The translations under genes and the position numbers were made by a program. Under the pieces are notes generated by a model, which searched no databases, was not told the origin of the DNA, and worked only from the letters and a program-made list of their open reading frames with translations. A stretch of 45,531 bases of DNA from the NCBI GenBank assembly GCA_022794095.1, contig JAAWEC010000057.1:1-45531 (forward strand), read 5' to 3'. Of this stretch, positions 28,086 through 37,861 are shown in pieces. Numbering within the stretch: the first letter of the stretch is position 1; each line of letters begins with the position of its first letter. The stretch is from Clostridia bacterium (GTDB taxonomy: Bacteria; Bacillota; Clostridia; TANB77; CAG-508).

Positions 28086-29450
28086 TTAGCCCAATCTTTC
28101 TTCTATTAAGCTTGCTATTTCTTGGGCTTTTTTTGTTATGTATTCTTGCTCTTCTCCTTCTATCATAACTCTTACTAGTGGTTCTGTTCCAGATGGTCTA
28201 ATTAAAACTCTACCATTTCCGTCAAATTCTTTTTCTAGCTTTTCTATTGCCTGTTTTATTGTTTCATCTTTGTCATAATCGTATTTTTTACTACTACTTA
28301 CTTTTGCATTTACTAACACTTGTGGATATAACTTAACAATATCCCCTAATTCAGAGGCTTTTTGCTTACTTTCTAAGATTGCTTGTATTAACATTAAAGA
28401 TGTTAGTATACCATCTCCTGTTGGATTATAGTCTAGTAAAATTACATGACCTGATTGTTCTCCACCTATATTGAAATCGTGTTTTAGCATTTCTTCTAAT
28501 ACATAACGGTCTCCTACTTTTGTTTGTACTAATGATAAATTATTATTTTTTGTGTATTTGTTTAAACCTAAATTACTCATAACTGTTGCAACAATTGTAT
28601 CTTTTTTTAGTTTTCCTTTTTGTTTTAAACTTTTAGCAATTATTGCCATTAATTTATCTCCATCTATTTCATTTCCTTTTTCATCAATTGCTAAACATCT
28701 ATCTCCATCTCCGTCAAATGCAACACCTAAACTTAAATTATTTTCCACTACAAATTTTTTAAGCACATTTAAATGAGTTGAACCACAATTTTGATTGATG
28801 TTTATACCATCTGGTTTGTTGTTTATTATTTTATATGGAATTCCTAATGTTTTAAATACCTTTTCTGCAACAACACTTGTTGCTCCATTTGCTGTATCTA
28901 TTCCAACTACAAAATCATCTGTTTTTTGTTGTTCTAATGAATTTTTGAAAGTTTCTTCAAAAAATTCGACATATTTGTCCATTAATTGTTCATTATATTC
29001 TGAAACACCTATTTTATCTCCAAATGCTGTTAATTCTTCTAATTTTCCAGATTCCATTATTTGTTCAATTTCTTCTTCTAATGTGTCAGAAATTTTCATA
29101 CCTTTATTACTAAAAAATTTAATTCCATTAAATTCATAAGTATTGTGTGATGCTGAAATAACTACACTTGCATCTGCATTTAGTTTTCTTGTCAAATACG
29201 CTACTGCTGGTGTTGGAATAACTCCTAATAATTTGACATTTGCTCCATAGCTCAAAAATCCTGCCACCATAGCACTTTCAATTAAATTACCTGAAATACG
29301 AGTATCTCTTCCAATTAAAATAGTTGGCATATGGTCACTATGCTTAGACAATACATAAGCTCCTGCTTTTGCAACTTTATATACTAATTCTGGCGTTAGT
29401 TCTGTATTAGCAACTCTTCTAATTCCGTCTGTTCCAAAATACCTTCTCAT
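28086..29450 (-). CDS. glmM: Phosphoglucosamine mutase
   Basis: It carries GTDGIRR, the phospho-Ser loop ISASHN, FDGDGDRC, GGEQSGH and RPSGTEPLVRV. Confidence 0.95.
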   Translation of the reverse strand: MRRYFGTDGIRRVANTELTPELVYKVAKAGAYVLSKHSDHMPTILIGRDTRISGNLIESAMVAGFLSYGANVKLLGVIPTPAVAYLTRKLNADASVVISASHNTYEFNGIKFFSNKGMKISDTLEEEIEQIMESGKLEELTAFGDKIGVSEYNEQLMDKYVEFFEETFKNSLEQQKTDDFVVGIDTANGATSVVAEKVFKTLGIPYKIINNKPDGININQNCGSTHLNVLKKFVVENNLSLGVAFDGDGDRCLAIDEKGNEIDGDKLMAIIAKSLKQKGKLKKDTIVATVMSNLGLNKYTKNNNLSLVQTKVGDRYVLEEMLKHDFNIGGEQSGHVILLDYNPTGDGILTSLMLIQAILESKQKASELGDIVKLYPQVLVNAKVSSSKKYDYDKDETIKQAIEKLEKEFDGNGRVLIRPSGTEPLVRVMIEGEEQEYITKKAQEIASLIEERLG

Positions 29451-29490
29451 TTTAACATCTTTCCTTTCTCTATTTATATAATATTAACTT

Positions 29491-30273
29491 CTATTTTTTC
29501 AATTTCATAATTAACTTTTCTTTTAATGTTAGTTCTATTTTATTCGGATTATTAATTTGTATTCTTTTGTTTTGTAATACAAATTTTGGATTTGTTGTTG
29601 TTAATTTTTCTAATTCTTCTTTTCCAACTATTTTTTCTAGTTTTGCTAGTATTTCTGGTATTTTCGGATAAATTGTATTTTTTCTATGTACATCACTTCC
29701 TAGAAAGTGAACCATATTATTTTCTAATAGTTTTTTTACTATTACTTGTGCTTTTGAGCCATAATATCCTATAATACTTGCATAATTTGCTTGCATATAG
29801 ACACCCTTTTCTATCAAGTCATAGATTAAATCTGGACTTTGTTGTACAAAAGAATATCTTTCTGGATGCGCTAATATTGGAATAAGCTTGTTCTCTAGCA
29901 TTTCATAAATCACATTATATAAGTTTAAAGGTTCTATATTTAAAGGCATTTCAAAAAGAACATAACTAGTATCATTTATTGTTGATGCCTTACCATTTTT
30001 TAATAATCCAACAATATTTTCTGATAGATAAATTTCATTTCCTAAATATAATTTTAAGTCTATATTTTCTTCTTGTCCTTTTTCATAAATTACTTTAATC
30101 CACATTTCGCGTTCTGGCACATTTGTTTCATAATATCCTTCCATATAATGCGAAGTTGAAACAATTGCTTGAAACCCTACTTGTTGTGCTTCTTGCAACA
30201 AATGTAGGGTTTCTTGTATATTTTTTGCTCCATCATCAATATTTGGTAATATGTGAGAATGTATGTCTATCAT
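29491..30273 (-). CDS. CpsB/YwqE-type PHP-family protein-tyrosine phosphatase
   Basis: It has MIDIHSHILPNIDDGA and further His-rich PHP motifs (STSHY, LAHPERY, GSDVH). Its start overlaps the kinase gene by 4 nt. Confidence 0.85.
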   Translation of the reverse strand: MIDIHSHILPNIDDGAKNIQETLHLLQEAQQVGFQAIVSTSHYMEGYYETNVPEREMWIKVIYEKGQEENIDLKLYLGNEIYLSENIVGLLKNGKASTINDTSYVLFEMPLNIEPLNLYNVIYEMLENKLIPILAHPERYSFVQQSPDLIYDLIEKGVYMQANYASIIGYYGSKAQVIVKKLLENNMVHFLGSDVHRKNTIYPKIPEILAKLEKIVGKEELEKLTTTNPKFVLQNKRIQINNPNKIELTLKEKLIMKLKK

Positions 30274-31124
30274 TTATCTTTTCTCCTCTTGGTTTTATCT
30301 AGGTAATCATTCATCTGTTTTAAAATGTCTTCTGTTTTTTGGTTTTCTGTATTAACTATTGGCTTTTGTATTTCTATTGGTGCTACCTTTTTTACTTGTT
30401 TTATATTATCATTGAAAAAGCTTGGGTCTTTACCGTAATAATAGTATCTTTCTTCATATCGTTTTGTAGATACTGGCATTTTGTTAATTAATACTCCTGT
30501 TATATTTCCTCCAACATTTTGTATATTTTTAACAACTCTTGCTAGTGCATCTTTTTTTGTTACCTTATGAGCTGTTACAATTATTGTAGAATCTACCATC
30601 CTAGATAAAATTAAGCTATCTGTTACTAATTCACATGGTGTACCATCTATAATTATTAAATCACATACACTTTCTAGTTTTTCTAATAATTTAATCATTT
30701 TGCTAGATACTAATAGTTCTGAAGGGTTTGGTGGTATATTTCCTGCTGGTATAATATACAAGTTCTTTACTTCAGTTTTTTGCATACAATTCATAATTTC
30801 TCTGCTTATATTTTCTTCCTCTTTTATTCCAATTTGTGATAAAAAGTTAGATAGTCCTGGTTTTGGTTTTGCACCAAAAATTGCATATTGTCTACCTTTT
30901 CTCATATCAGCATCAATTAATACTACTTTTTTTCCTGCTTGTGCAAATGTAACTGCTAAGTTTGCAGTTATCCAACTTTTTCCCTCTCCTGGGAAAGTGG
31001 AAGTTACTAATAATGTTTTTGTTTTTTTATCATTGTTTATAAATTGTATATTTGTTCTTAGTGTTCTAAAAATCTCTGAAATAGGAGATTTTGGGTCAAT
31101 ATGTGCTACTACTTCGTTTTTCAT
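30270..31124 (-). CDS. CpsD/YwqD-type BY-kinase (protein-tyrosine kinase)
   Basis: It has Walker A TSTFPGEGKS, Walker A' VVLIDADMRKG and Walker B IIIDGTP. A C-terminal Tyr cluster RYEERYYYYG is present. Confidence 0.85.
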   Translation of the reverse strand: MKNEVVAHIDPKSPISEIFRTLRTNIQFINNDKKTKTLLVTSTFPGEGKSWITANLAVTFAQAGKKVVLIDADMRKGRQYAIFGAKPKPGLSNFLSQIGIKEEENISREIMNCMQKTEVKNLYIIPAGNIPPNPSELLVSSKMIKLLEKLESVCDLIIIDGTPCELVTDSLILSRMVDSTIIVTAHKVTKKDALARVVKNIQNVGGNITGVLINKMPVSTKRYEERYYYYGKDPSFFNDNIKQVKKVAPIEIQKPIVNTENQKTEDILKQMNDYLDKTKRRKDK

Positions 31125-31831
31125 TATCTTCTGCTCCTCCTTTCTTCTCCAAGATCTTCAATCATTGGGATAGAAACCAATACAGGTAAATCATATTCTT
31201 TTTCTATGTCCTCTACTGTTTTTATAGTTGTGTCTAACATATTGCTAATTAATACATATCCAATTGACACAACTGCACCAATAAAGGCAAATATGATAAT
31301 ATCTTTTACATGGTTTATATTAGAAGGTGAATCAGATATTTCTGCTACATCTACTATTTGCACATTATCTATACTATAGATTTCTTTTACCTTTTTCATA
31401 AAAACTTCTGCTATTTCATTTGCTATTCTTGCAGCACTTGCTGCTTGCTCATTTCTAACTGTAATTTCAATTAATTCTGTGTCTTTTCTTGCATTAACTG
31501 AAACGTTTTTTCTTAATGTGTCTTCTTCAATATCTATTCCTAAATTTTGAATTACTTCTCTTAATATGTTTTTACTTTTAACAATTTCGCTATAAGTAGA
31601 TACTAATTTTGAATTGATTGTTATTTCTGTTGCTGTTATGCTTGTATTACTATTTAGGTTTTCATTTCCTGATGATGCTAATACTAAGGTTGTATATGAA
31701 CTATACATTGGAGTTGTAAAAAGTATTGTATATATAAAACCAATTATGCTAAATATCAATATAATAATTATTATTTGGATTTTTTTACTCCAAAACAGAT
31801 TAAATAGTTCTTTTAAATCTAATTCTTCCAT
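31124..31831 (-). CDS. Wzz/CpsC/YwqC-type chain-length determinant and kinase modulator
   Basis: Two TM helices flank a periplasmic-like domain. The N-terminus LKELFNLFWSKKIQIIIIILIFSIIGFIYT is typical of the family. Confidence 0.8.
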   Translation of the reverse strand: MEELDLKELFNLFWSKKIQIIIIILIFSIIGFIYTILFTTPMYSSYTTLVLASSGNENLNSNTSITATEITINSKLVSTYSEIVKSKNILREVIQNLGIDIEEDTLRKNVSVNARKDTELIEITVRNEQAASAARIANEIAEVFMKKVKEIYSIDNVQIVDVAEISDSPSNINHVKDIIIFAFIGAVVSIGYVLISNMLDTTIKTVEDIEKEYDLPVLVSIPMIEDLGEERRSRR

Positions 31832-31906
31832 AGTTCCTTTTCCTTTCTATTTTTCATTTGTTATTTTTCTTTTATAGTATACATTGAACTTTGTTTTTTT
31901 GCAATA

Positions 31907-32753
31907 TTATTTATGATTTTTCTTATATTTTATTTGATTGTGTACAAAATTAGCAATTAAAGTTAGTAAAATCCCTGTTGCAATTAGGCTATATGCATAT
32001 ATTTTTGTATTATTTACTATTTGTGTTAATATGTTTTTTATGATGTTTGATATTGCCTCATTTAATAGTAAAATTGTTTCTATTTTTATTTTTGAATTTA
32101 TAAATATATTTACAATCATCATGAAAAAACCTGCAATTGTTAAAGATGTTCCAAATACTGAGAATGCTTTATAAAGTTTTTTCATGTTTAATAATAGTAA
32201 CAAAATAGTTATTACTGCTATTATAACTAGAGAAGCTTTTTTAACTATTTCTATGTATTTTTTTACTTTTGTGTAATATTCATTAATTTTATTTTCAAAT
32301 TTGTAATGTGATAATGTAGATGTGTATTCACTACATATTTTTTCTACTAATGTGTTTATTGCTTCTTTTTGTTCTTTGGTTGTTCCGTGTATTTCCTAAA
32401 AATTCCTCTATATTTTTATTCAATTTATCTTTTATTTCTTGTATATCTATTGTTTCTTCTGTCCCATCATATATACTGCTTATCATTAACTGTGTATCTT
32501 TTTTTACTTTTTCTTTTGAAACTATATTTTCTAATACTGTTTCATCTAGTCCTGATTGATGTATATAGTTTTCAAAATTTGATTGTACATCTTTTTGTAT
32601 TTTTCCATAATAGTCTATTTCATCTAGTTTTGATAATATATATTTTTTGTTTAATATACTAGAAGAAGCTAATTGTATTATTAAAAATATAATGATACAT
32701 ATAGAAATTAGGATTGCTAGGACATAATTTGCAATATTTTTTACTAAATTCAT
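31907..32753 (-). CDS. Membrane protein of unknown function; ORFs 32331-32753 and 31907-32203 joined at CGGA 32384-32387
   Basis: After skipping the C the frame reads GTTKEQKEAINTLVEKICSEYTSTLSHYKFENKINEYYTKVKKYIEIVKKASLVIIAVITILLLLLNMKKLYKAF... without a stop into ORF 31907-32203. The span is 847 nt (3n+1). There is an N-terminal TM helix and C-terminal TM helices. Confidence 0.75.
32384..32387 (-). other. CGGA +1 recoding site
   Basis: GGA AAT ACA [C]GGA ACA ACC AAA GAA gives G N T G T T K E. The zero frame stops after 17 more codons. Confidence 0.75.
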
Positions 32754-32781
32754 AGTTTGTTTTCTCCCTTTCTTCTGCTTA

Positions 32782-32847
32782 AGATTGCTTTACATTCTCC
32801 CTCTTTGTTTGCCTGCCAAATTTGCTTTTGCAAATTTGTGCAGAACG
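32782..32847 (-). repeat. Structured intergenic repeat, copy C
   Basis: The sequence is agattgCTTTACATTCTCCCTCTTTGTTTGCCTGCCAAATTTGCTTTTGCAAATTTGTGCAGAACG. It lies between the sortase stop and the membrane protein start. Confidence 0.7.
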
Positions 32848-32855
32848 TGTTGTAA

Positions 32856-33479
32856 TTATGTTTCAATCAATTCAGCATATACTACATATCTCTGTGTTGC
32901 ATATCCAATATTGTTAAATGGATAACATGTATATACCATTAATATTTCTTTTTCCTTTTGAATTGGTAGTTTTTCAGTTTCAGTTTCATTTATTAGTTGC
33001 ATATCATATATTTTATATTTATATTCTCCATAGCTTGTTTTTACTGTAATTTCATTTCCAATTTGTAGTTCTGAAAATCTGCGAAACATTTTAGTTGAAT
33101 TATGCCCCATGTAAACAATTGAACCATTTTCTCCTGGAAAATAGCTTCCACTTGAGTGTCCTACTCCATTTTTTAATATTTCTAAAGTGTCTCCATAGTA
33201 TACTGGCAAATTAACTCCTATTTTTGGTATTTCAATTGTTGCATATTGTGAACCATATTCTGGATAGTTTTTTATTTGTTGTTTTTGCGCATCTATTACT
33301 GTTGGCTCTATTTTTTTGTTTTCAATATCTATTGATACTTTGCCAATTAATGATATTGTTTCATCTATTTCTGCCCTAAAGAAAAGACGTATAGTTAATA
33401 TCATTGCTATACTAATGAATAAAGCAACTATTATGCTTATAATAGTTGCTTTGATTGTTTTTTTCATAATTTTATGCAT
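32856..33479 (-). CDS. Sortase (second copy)
   Basis: It has a TM anchor, a catalytic His context (YMGHN), a Cys motif MVYTC and a downstream Arg (QRYV). The start overlaps the stop of the LAYTG substrate gene, so the exact start is uncertain (33479 or 33467). Confidence 0.75.
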   Translation of the reverse strand: MHKIMKKTIKATIISIIVALFISIAMILTIRLFFRAEIDETISLIGKVSIDIENKKIEPTVIDAQKQQIKNYPEYGSQYATIEIPKIGVNLPVYYGDTLEILKNGVGHSSGSYFPGENGSIVYMGHNSTKMFRRFSELQIGNEITVKTSYGEYKYKIYDMQLINETETEKLPIQKEKEILMVYTCYPFNNIGYATQRYVVYAELIET

Positions 33480-33990
33480 TAGCAAATTTCTTTCTTATTG
33501 TAAAACCTGCAGCTAGGGCTACTACTACTGAAGAAACAACTAAAACTAAATTTACATTATTTCCTGTATATGCTAATTTTCCAGAATTTAAGCTTAATGC
33601 TTCGATTCTTTTTCCGTCTTTATATATTTCTACAGTTCCATTTTTAAATGTTAATGTAAGTCCAACAATACTTGCAGCTTCATTTGCAATTGTTTTTATT
33701 TTATTTTTTTGTTCTGCTGTTAGTTTGTTGAAGTCTGTTGTTCCAGCCTCTTCCATAATTTTAACTGCTTCGTTTGCTTTTGCTATTACTTGTTCTGCTT
33801 GGCTATTTGTTACGTTATTGTCTGATACATATCTTTCTATTTTTACTTTGTGTGCTGATGTCATTCCATATTTTGCTCCTACTTTATATAAATCATCTGC
33901 TAATGTACTAGCTGTTGTAGCTCTTACTACTGTTGTAGCTAATGTTGCTACAATTACAAATAAAATTATGCTTGCGATTAATTTTCTCAT
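33472..33990 (-). CDS. Small secreted protein with an LAXTG-type sorting signal (LAYTG)
   Basis: It has a signal peptide. The C-terminus is KLAYTG + NNVNLVLVVSSVVVALAAGFTI + RKKFANA. RBS is GGGAGGAA. Confidence 0.65.
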   Translation of the reverse strand: MRKLIASIILFVIVATLATTVVRATTASTLADDLYKVGAKYGMTSAHKVKIERYVSDNNVTNSQAEQVIAKANEAVKIMEEAGTTDFNKLTAEQKNKIKTIANEAASIVGLTLTFKNGTVEIYKDGKRIEALSLNSGKLAYTGNNVNLVLVVSSVVVALAAGFTIRKKFANA

Positions 33991-34114
33991 TTTATTTCCT
34001 CCCTAATCAAACTATTTTTATTATACCATTTTTTTGCTTAGTGTGCAAGTGTTTTTAATAATTTTTTAGTATTTTTTTACTTATATAGCTTTTTTGCAAT
34101 TATTCAAATATCTT

Positions 34115-35635
34115 TTACTTTTTATTCTTTATTATGTTTTTTAAAAGCTTACTGTAATACTTAAATTGACTTGTTTTATAGAATAATATTACATGAATTA
34201 TATTTGGAACTATACATACTATAATCAGATTTGTTATTATTTGTAAAAACATACTATCTATGTGTATATTTGATGTTATTACATAACTTATACTAACAGA
34301 TATAATGCTTACAATAATACCTGGAATATAATCTTTTAAATATTGATTATATGTTCTTCCGAATAATGGTTTATAAACAAACTTTGGATAGCTGTAAAAA
34401 AACAATACAAATGTACTAATAATTGTCCCTATAAATACACCCATTAACCCAAATATTTTTACTAAAATAATAGATGCTATAATATTAATTCCAGATTCAC
34501 ACAATGGAACATATCTATCCTCATAAAATATGCCTGCTGCCTCTTTAAAAGTATTGCTAGTTTTTCTCATTCCCTGCATATAAAAATTAATAACCAACAC
34601 TACTAAAACTCCAAATGGCAGTAGAAATTCACTTCCTATCCATATTTTAACAAATGGTTCTAATATACATAGTAGTCCACTTGAAGCAAATGCAAAAATC
34701 CATGAATTAAAAAACAAAATATTTTTATAAATATTGTATGACTTCTTTTTATCATTTTCTACAAGTAGGTTTCCAACACTTGCTGTTATTGAGTTGAATA
34801 CTTGTGAAAACAAATTGGAAAGTGCTTGTATGATTAAGTTATAATTTGAATATAGTCCAACAGTTGTTACACCTAAAAATGCAGAAATTATAATATTGTC
34901 TGTGCCTAATACAATAAAAGTTCCAACCTTATGATAAAGTAGACCTTTTACCTTTGTAAAAATACTCTTTTTTATTTTTTTATCTAATTGCTTTACTCTG
35001 TTATCTTTGATATATGGATACATTTTATTAGCAACTAATGTAATTATAACATTTTCAAAAATTCTACTTATAATTTTTATCCATAAATATAAAATATAGT
35101 TTTTAGTTATTATTAATGCCAGCAATTGAACAACATTCATAAAAATTAAATATACAATATGAATTATATTTACAATGTATGTTTGTTGGTTTGCATATAA
35201 AATAGAACGTTTATAACTTAATAGATATGAAGCTACTATATCAATTAAAAATAAAATGTAAATATAAACAATACTTTCTGTAATTGTTACTTCTCCAACT
35301 ATAAATCCTATAAATGGAATTATAAGTAAACCTATTATAGTTACAAGTAATGCAATTACTCGATAACCTATTTTATAAAATAGCATTAATGATTTTATCT
35401 TTTCGGTGTCTTTTTCTGCAATTGGTTTGTATAAATGATAGATTATAGCTGAACCTAATCCTAATTCTATTATTCCAAGCATTGAAAGTACATTTGTAAA
35501 AAGACCATTAATTCCTAAATATTCAGTTCCTAAAACATCAATAAAAATTTTTTGTGCTATAAACCCTATTACAATTGTAAATAAATTCATTACCATTGCT
35601 ACAATTGCATTTTTTATTGAATTGCTTGAACGCAT
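34115..35635 (-). CDS. Wzx-type polysaccharide flippase (MOP superfamily)
   Basis: It is 506 aa with about 12-14 TM helices and a typical N-terminus SIKNAIVAMVMNLFTIVIGFIAQKIF. Confidence 0.75.
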   Translation of the reverse strand: MRSSNSIKNAIVAMVMNLFTIVIGFIAQKIFIDVLGTEYLGINGLFTNVLSMLGIIELGLGSAIIYHLYKPIAEKDTEKIKSLMLFYKIGYRVIALLVTIIGLLIIPFIGFIVGEVTITESIVYIYILFLIDIVASYLLSYKRSILYANQQTYIVNIIHIVYLIFMNVVQLLALIITKNYILYLWIKIISRIFENVIITLVANKMYPYIKDNRVKQLDKKIKKSIFTKVKGLLYHKVGTFIVLGTDNIIISAFLGVTTVGLYSNYNLIIQALSNLFSQVFNSITASVGNLLVENDKKKSYNIYKNILFFNSWIFAFASSGLLCILEPFVKIWIGSEFLLPFGVLVVLVINFYMQGMRKTSNTFKEAAGIFYEDRYVPLCESGINIIASIILVKIFGLMGVFIGTIISTFVLFFYSYPKFVYKPLFGRTYNQYLKDYIPGIIVSIISVSISYVITSNIHIDSMFLQIITNLIIVCIVPNIIHVILFYKTSQFKYYSKLLKNIIKNKK

Positions 35636-35650
35636 TTTAATCTCCTTATT

Positions 35651-36715
35651 TTATCTCTTTATAAGCTTTTTTATTTTTTTTCCTGGTATGTAAATCCATT
35701 TTATGTAGTTCAATATTTTCTTTATATCTTTTTTGTATATGTTCTTTATTATATATTTGTGATTTTCGTCTTTGCTTAATTGTAATAGTTCTTTTTCTGT
35801 AAGATTTTTCTTCATTTGTTCAATACCATTTATATTTAATAAATTTTCTATTTCTACATAAGCTTCTTTACCTTTTCCATTTCTTATGCTAAAACTTAAA
35901 AACTCAATTATTCTGTTTTTTAGAATTTTAAAGGTGTCTTTTATTATTATTTTTTTGTAATATTGCTTGTCTTTTATATCTTGATATTTATCTAATATTT
36001 TTATAATCTCTTCATGGCTTTTATAACTATTTATCATTTTTTTTAGTATACTTTCATAGGTTTGCTTTTTAGTAATACTTTCATTATTTGTTCTATAATG
36101 ATAAAAGTAGTTTGGTATTAATAAAATAGAGTTAATATTTTTGTATAAACCAACATTTAACATATGGTCTTCGCCATAATTTATAGTAAAATCTATATCT
36201 TTTAATTCATCAAAATATTTTTTTTCTATTAATTGATTCCATATACATGAAAATTGATATGTTCCAAACAGTTTCATATATATTTTTTCTTTAAAGTTTT
36301 CTTTTTCTATATATTCCATCTGCTGTTCTTTTATTTCTAATTTTTTGTTATCTTCATAATAGCTTCTGCATCTAACTACATTTGATTTATTTCGTTTCAT
36401 TTCATTATACATTACTTCAATTGTATTTAATTCTATCCAATCATCTGCATCTACAAAATATAAATAGTTAGATGTTGCTTTTTCTATTCCCTCTAATCTA
36501 GTATATAATACGCCTTTGTTTTCTCTACTAATTACTTGTATTCTTCTGTCTTTTTGGCTGTATTGTTTTATTATTTCTTCACTATTGTCTGTTGCTCCAT
36601 CTATTATAATTAGTATTTCTAAATTGGTATATGTTTGGTTTATTACACTTTCGAGACATTGCTTTATATACTTTTCTGCATTATATACTGGTATAATTAT
36701 TGTTATTTTCTCCAT
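35651..36715 (-). CDS. Family 2 glycosyltransferase
   Basis: It has ITIIIPVYNAEKYIKQCLESVINQTY, the DGATD motif (IIIDGATDNS) and FVDADD. Confidence 0.85.
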   Translation of the reverse strand: MEKITIIIPVYNAEKYIKQCLESVINQTYTNLEILIIIDGATDNSEEIIKQYSQKDRRIQVISRENKGVLYTRLEGIEKATSNYLYFVDADDWIELNTIEVMYNEMKRNKSNVVRCRSYYEDNKKLEIKEQQMEYIEKENFKEKIYMKLFGTYQFSCIWNQLIEKKYFDELKDIDFTINYGEDHMLNVGLYKNINSILLIPNYFYHYRTNNESITKKQTYESILKKMINSYKSHEEIIKILDKYQDIKDKQYYKKIIIKDTFKILKNRIIEFLSFSIRNGKGKEAYVEIENLLNINGIEQMKKNLTEKELLQLSKDENHKYIIKNIYKKDIKKILNYIKWIYIPGKKIKKLIKR

Positions 36716-36726
36716 TTTTTCTCCTT

Positions 36727-37855
36727 TTAATATGGTTGTGGTGTTGTGTTAAAATACGTTTTATACTGATAATATTCATTTTCAGCTGCGAAAATTGTAA
36801 GGAATGAACATGAAGTTACAAGTATTAATAGTATCATAAAAATATATATTTTTTTCCCCTTTATAGTATATTTTAAAGAAAATAATGTTGGTAATATAAC
36901 AATAACAAATTGATATAAATATAATGCAATTCGATTAATTGTCCAATTATTAATAGCAAAAATACTAGTTGTAACTCCTAACATTAATAATGGAATTCTT
37001 TTATAGACTTCTGGGTTATCCTCTTTAATTTTCTCTTTTTTAGTTAATACTACAATCGTAATTAGTGTATAAATTATAGCATATCCTGCTACTCCAATTG
37101 TTTCTTTTAACATAGAAGAAAAAGTTGATGTGTTTATAAAATATTTTTGGTACCTTGCTAAAATTGATATATATCCTAAAATATTTCCCATAACATTATA
37201 TAAGAAAATACTTACAATACCAACTAAAACACAAATCCATAAATTTTTGTAAGATGGTTTTATCATTCTTGAAAATACCATTAATATAGCTGCAATTATT
37301 GCTGTTGTATGAAAAGTAGCAGCTAACAATGTTAAAAGAACAAATTTTACTTTTTTATTTTTAGCTAAAAATTCATAAGCACATATCATAATTAACATTG
37401 CCACTGATTGCTTTAATATATTATTAGATATTGCATAAAATCCTAATAACATATAACACATAAATGCTACACTTGGCTTTCCGTGTTGTTTTTCTCATAT
37501 AGATAATCATAGTTGGATATATAATTACTGCTATCATCCAAAATATAGCATATGGGAAATCTGTTATAGTTTTTAATAGAAATGATATAACATATAATCC
37601 AAATTGGCTATTATCTTCTATTATCATATGAATACTATCCACATTTCCAAGCCAGTTATTATAAGCTATATAATAACTATAATAATCAGAACCACAGTTA
37701 CATCTTATTCCTGATATTATTACTAATATAACTATTATAATAATATCAATTGGTTGTATCTTTTTAGTCTTTTTGTCAAATATTGTATATAATGCAATAC
37801 ACAGTATAGAAAATGCTAGGTATATTATATCATATATTATCATTTGTGTTTTCAT
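36727..37855 (-). CDS. EpsG-family polysaccharide polymerase; ORFs 37424-37855 and 36727-37461 joined at CGGA 37480-37483
   Basis: It is polytopic throughout and has the EpsG-like N-terminal GIRCNCGSDYYSYY. Skipping the C gives ...IIYMRKTTGKPSVAFMCYMLLGFYAISNN. The span is 1129 nt (3n+1). Confidence 0.8.
37480..37483 (-). other. CGGA +1 recoding site
   Basis: AAA ACA ACA [C]GGA AAG CCA AGT GTA gives K T T G K P S V. The zero frame stops after 19 more codons. Confidence 0.8.
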
Positions 37856-37861
37856 TTTTTC

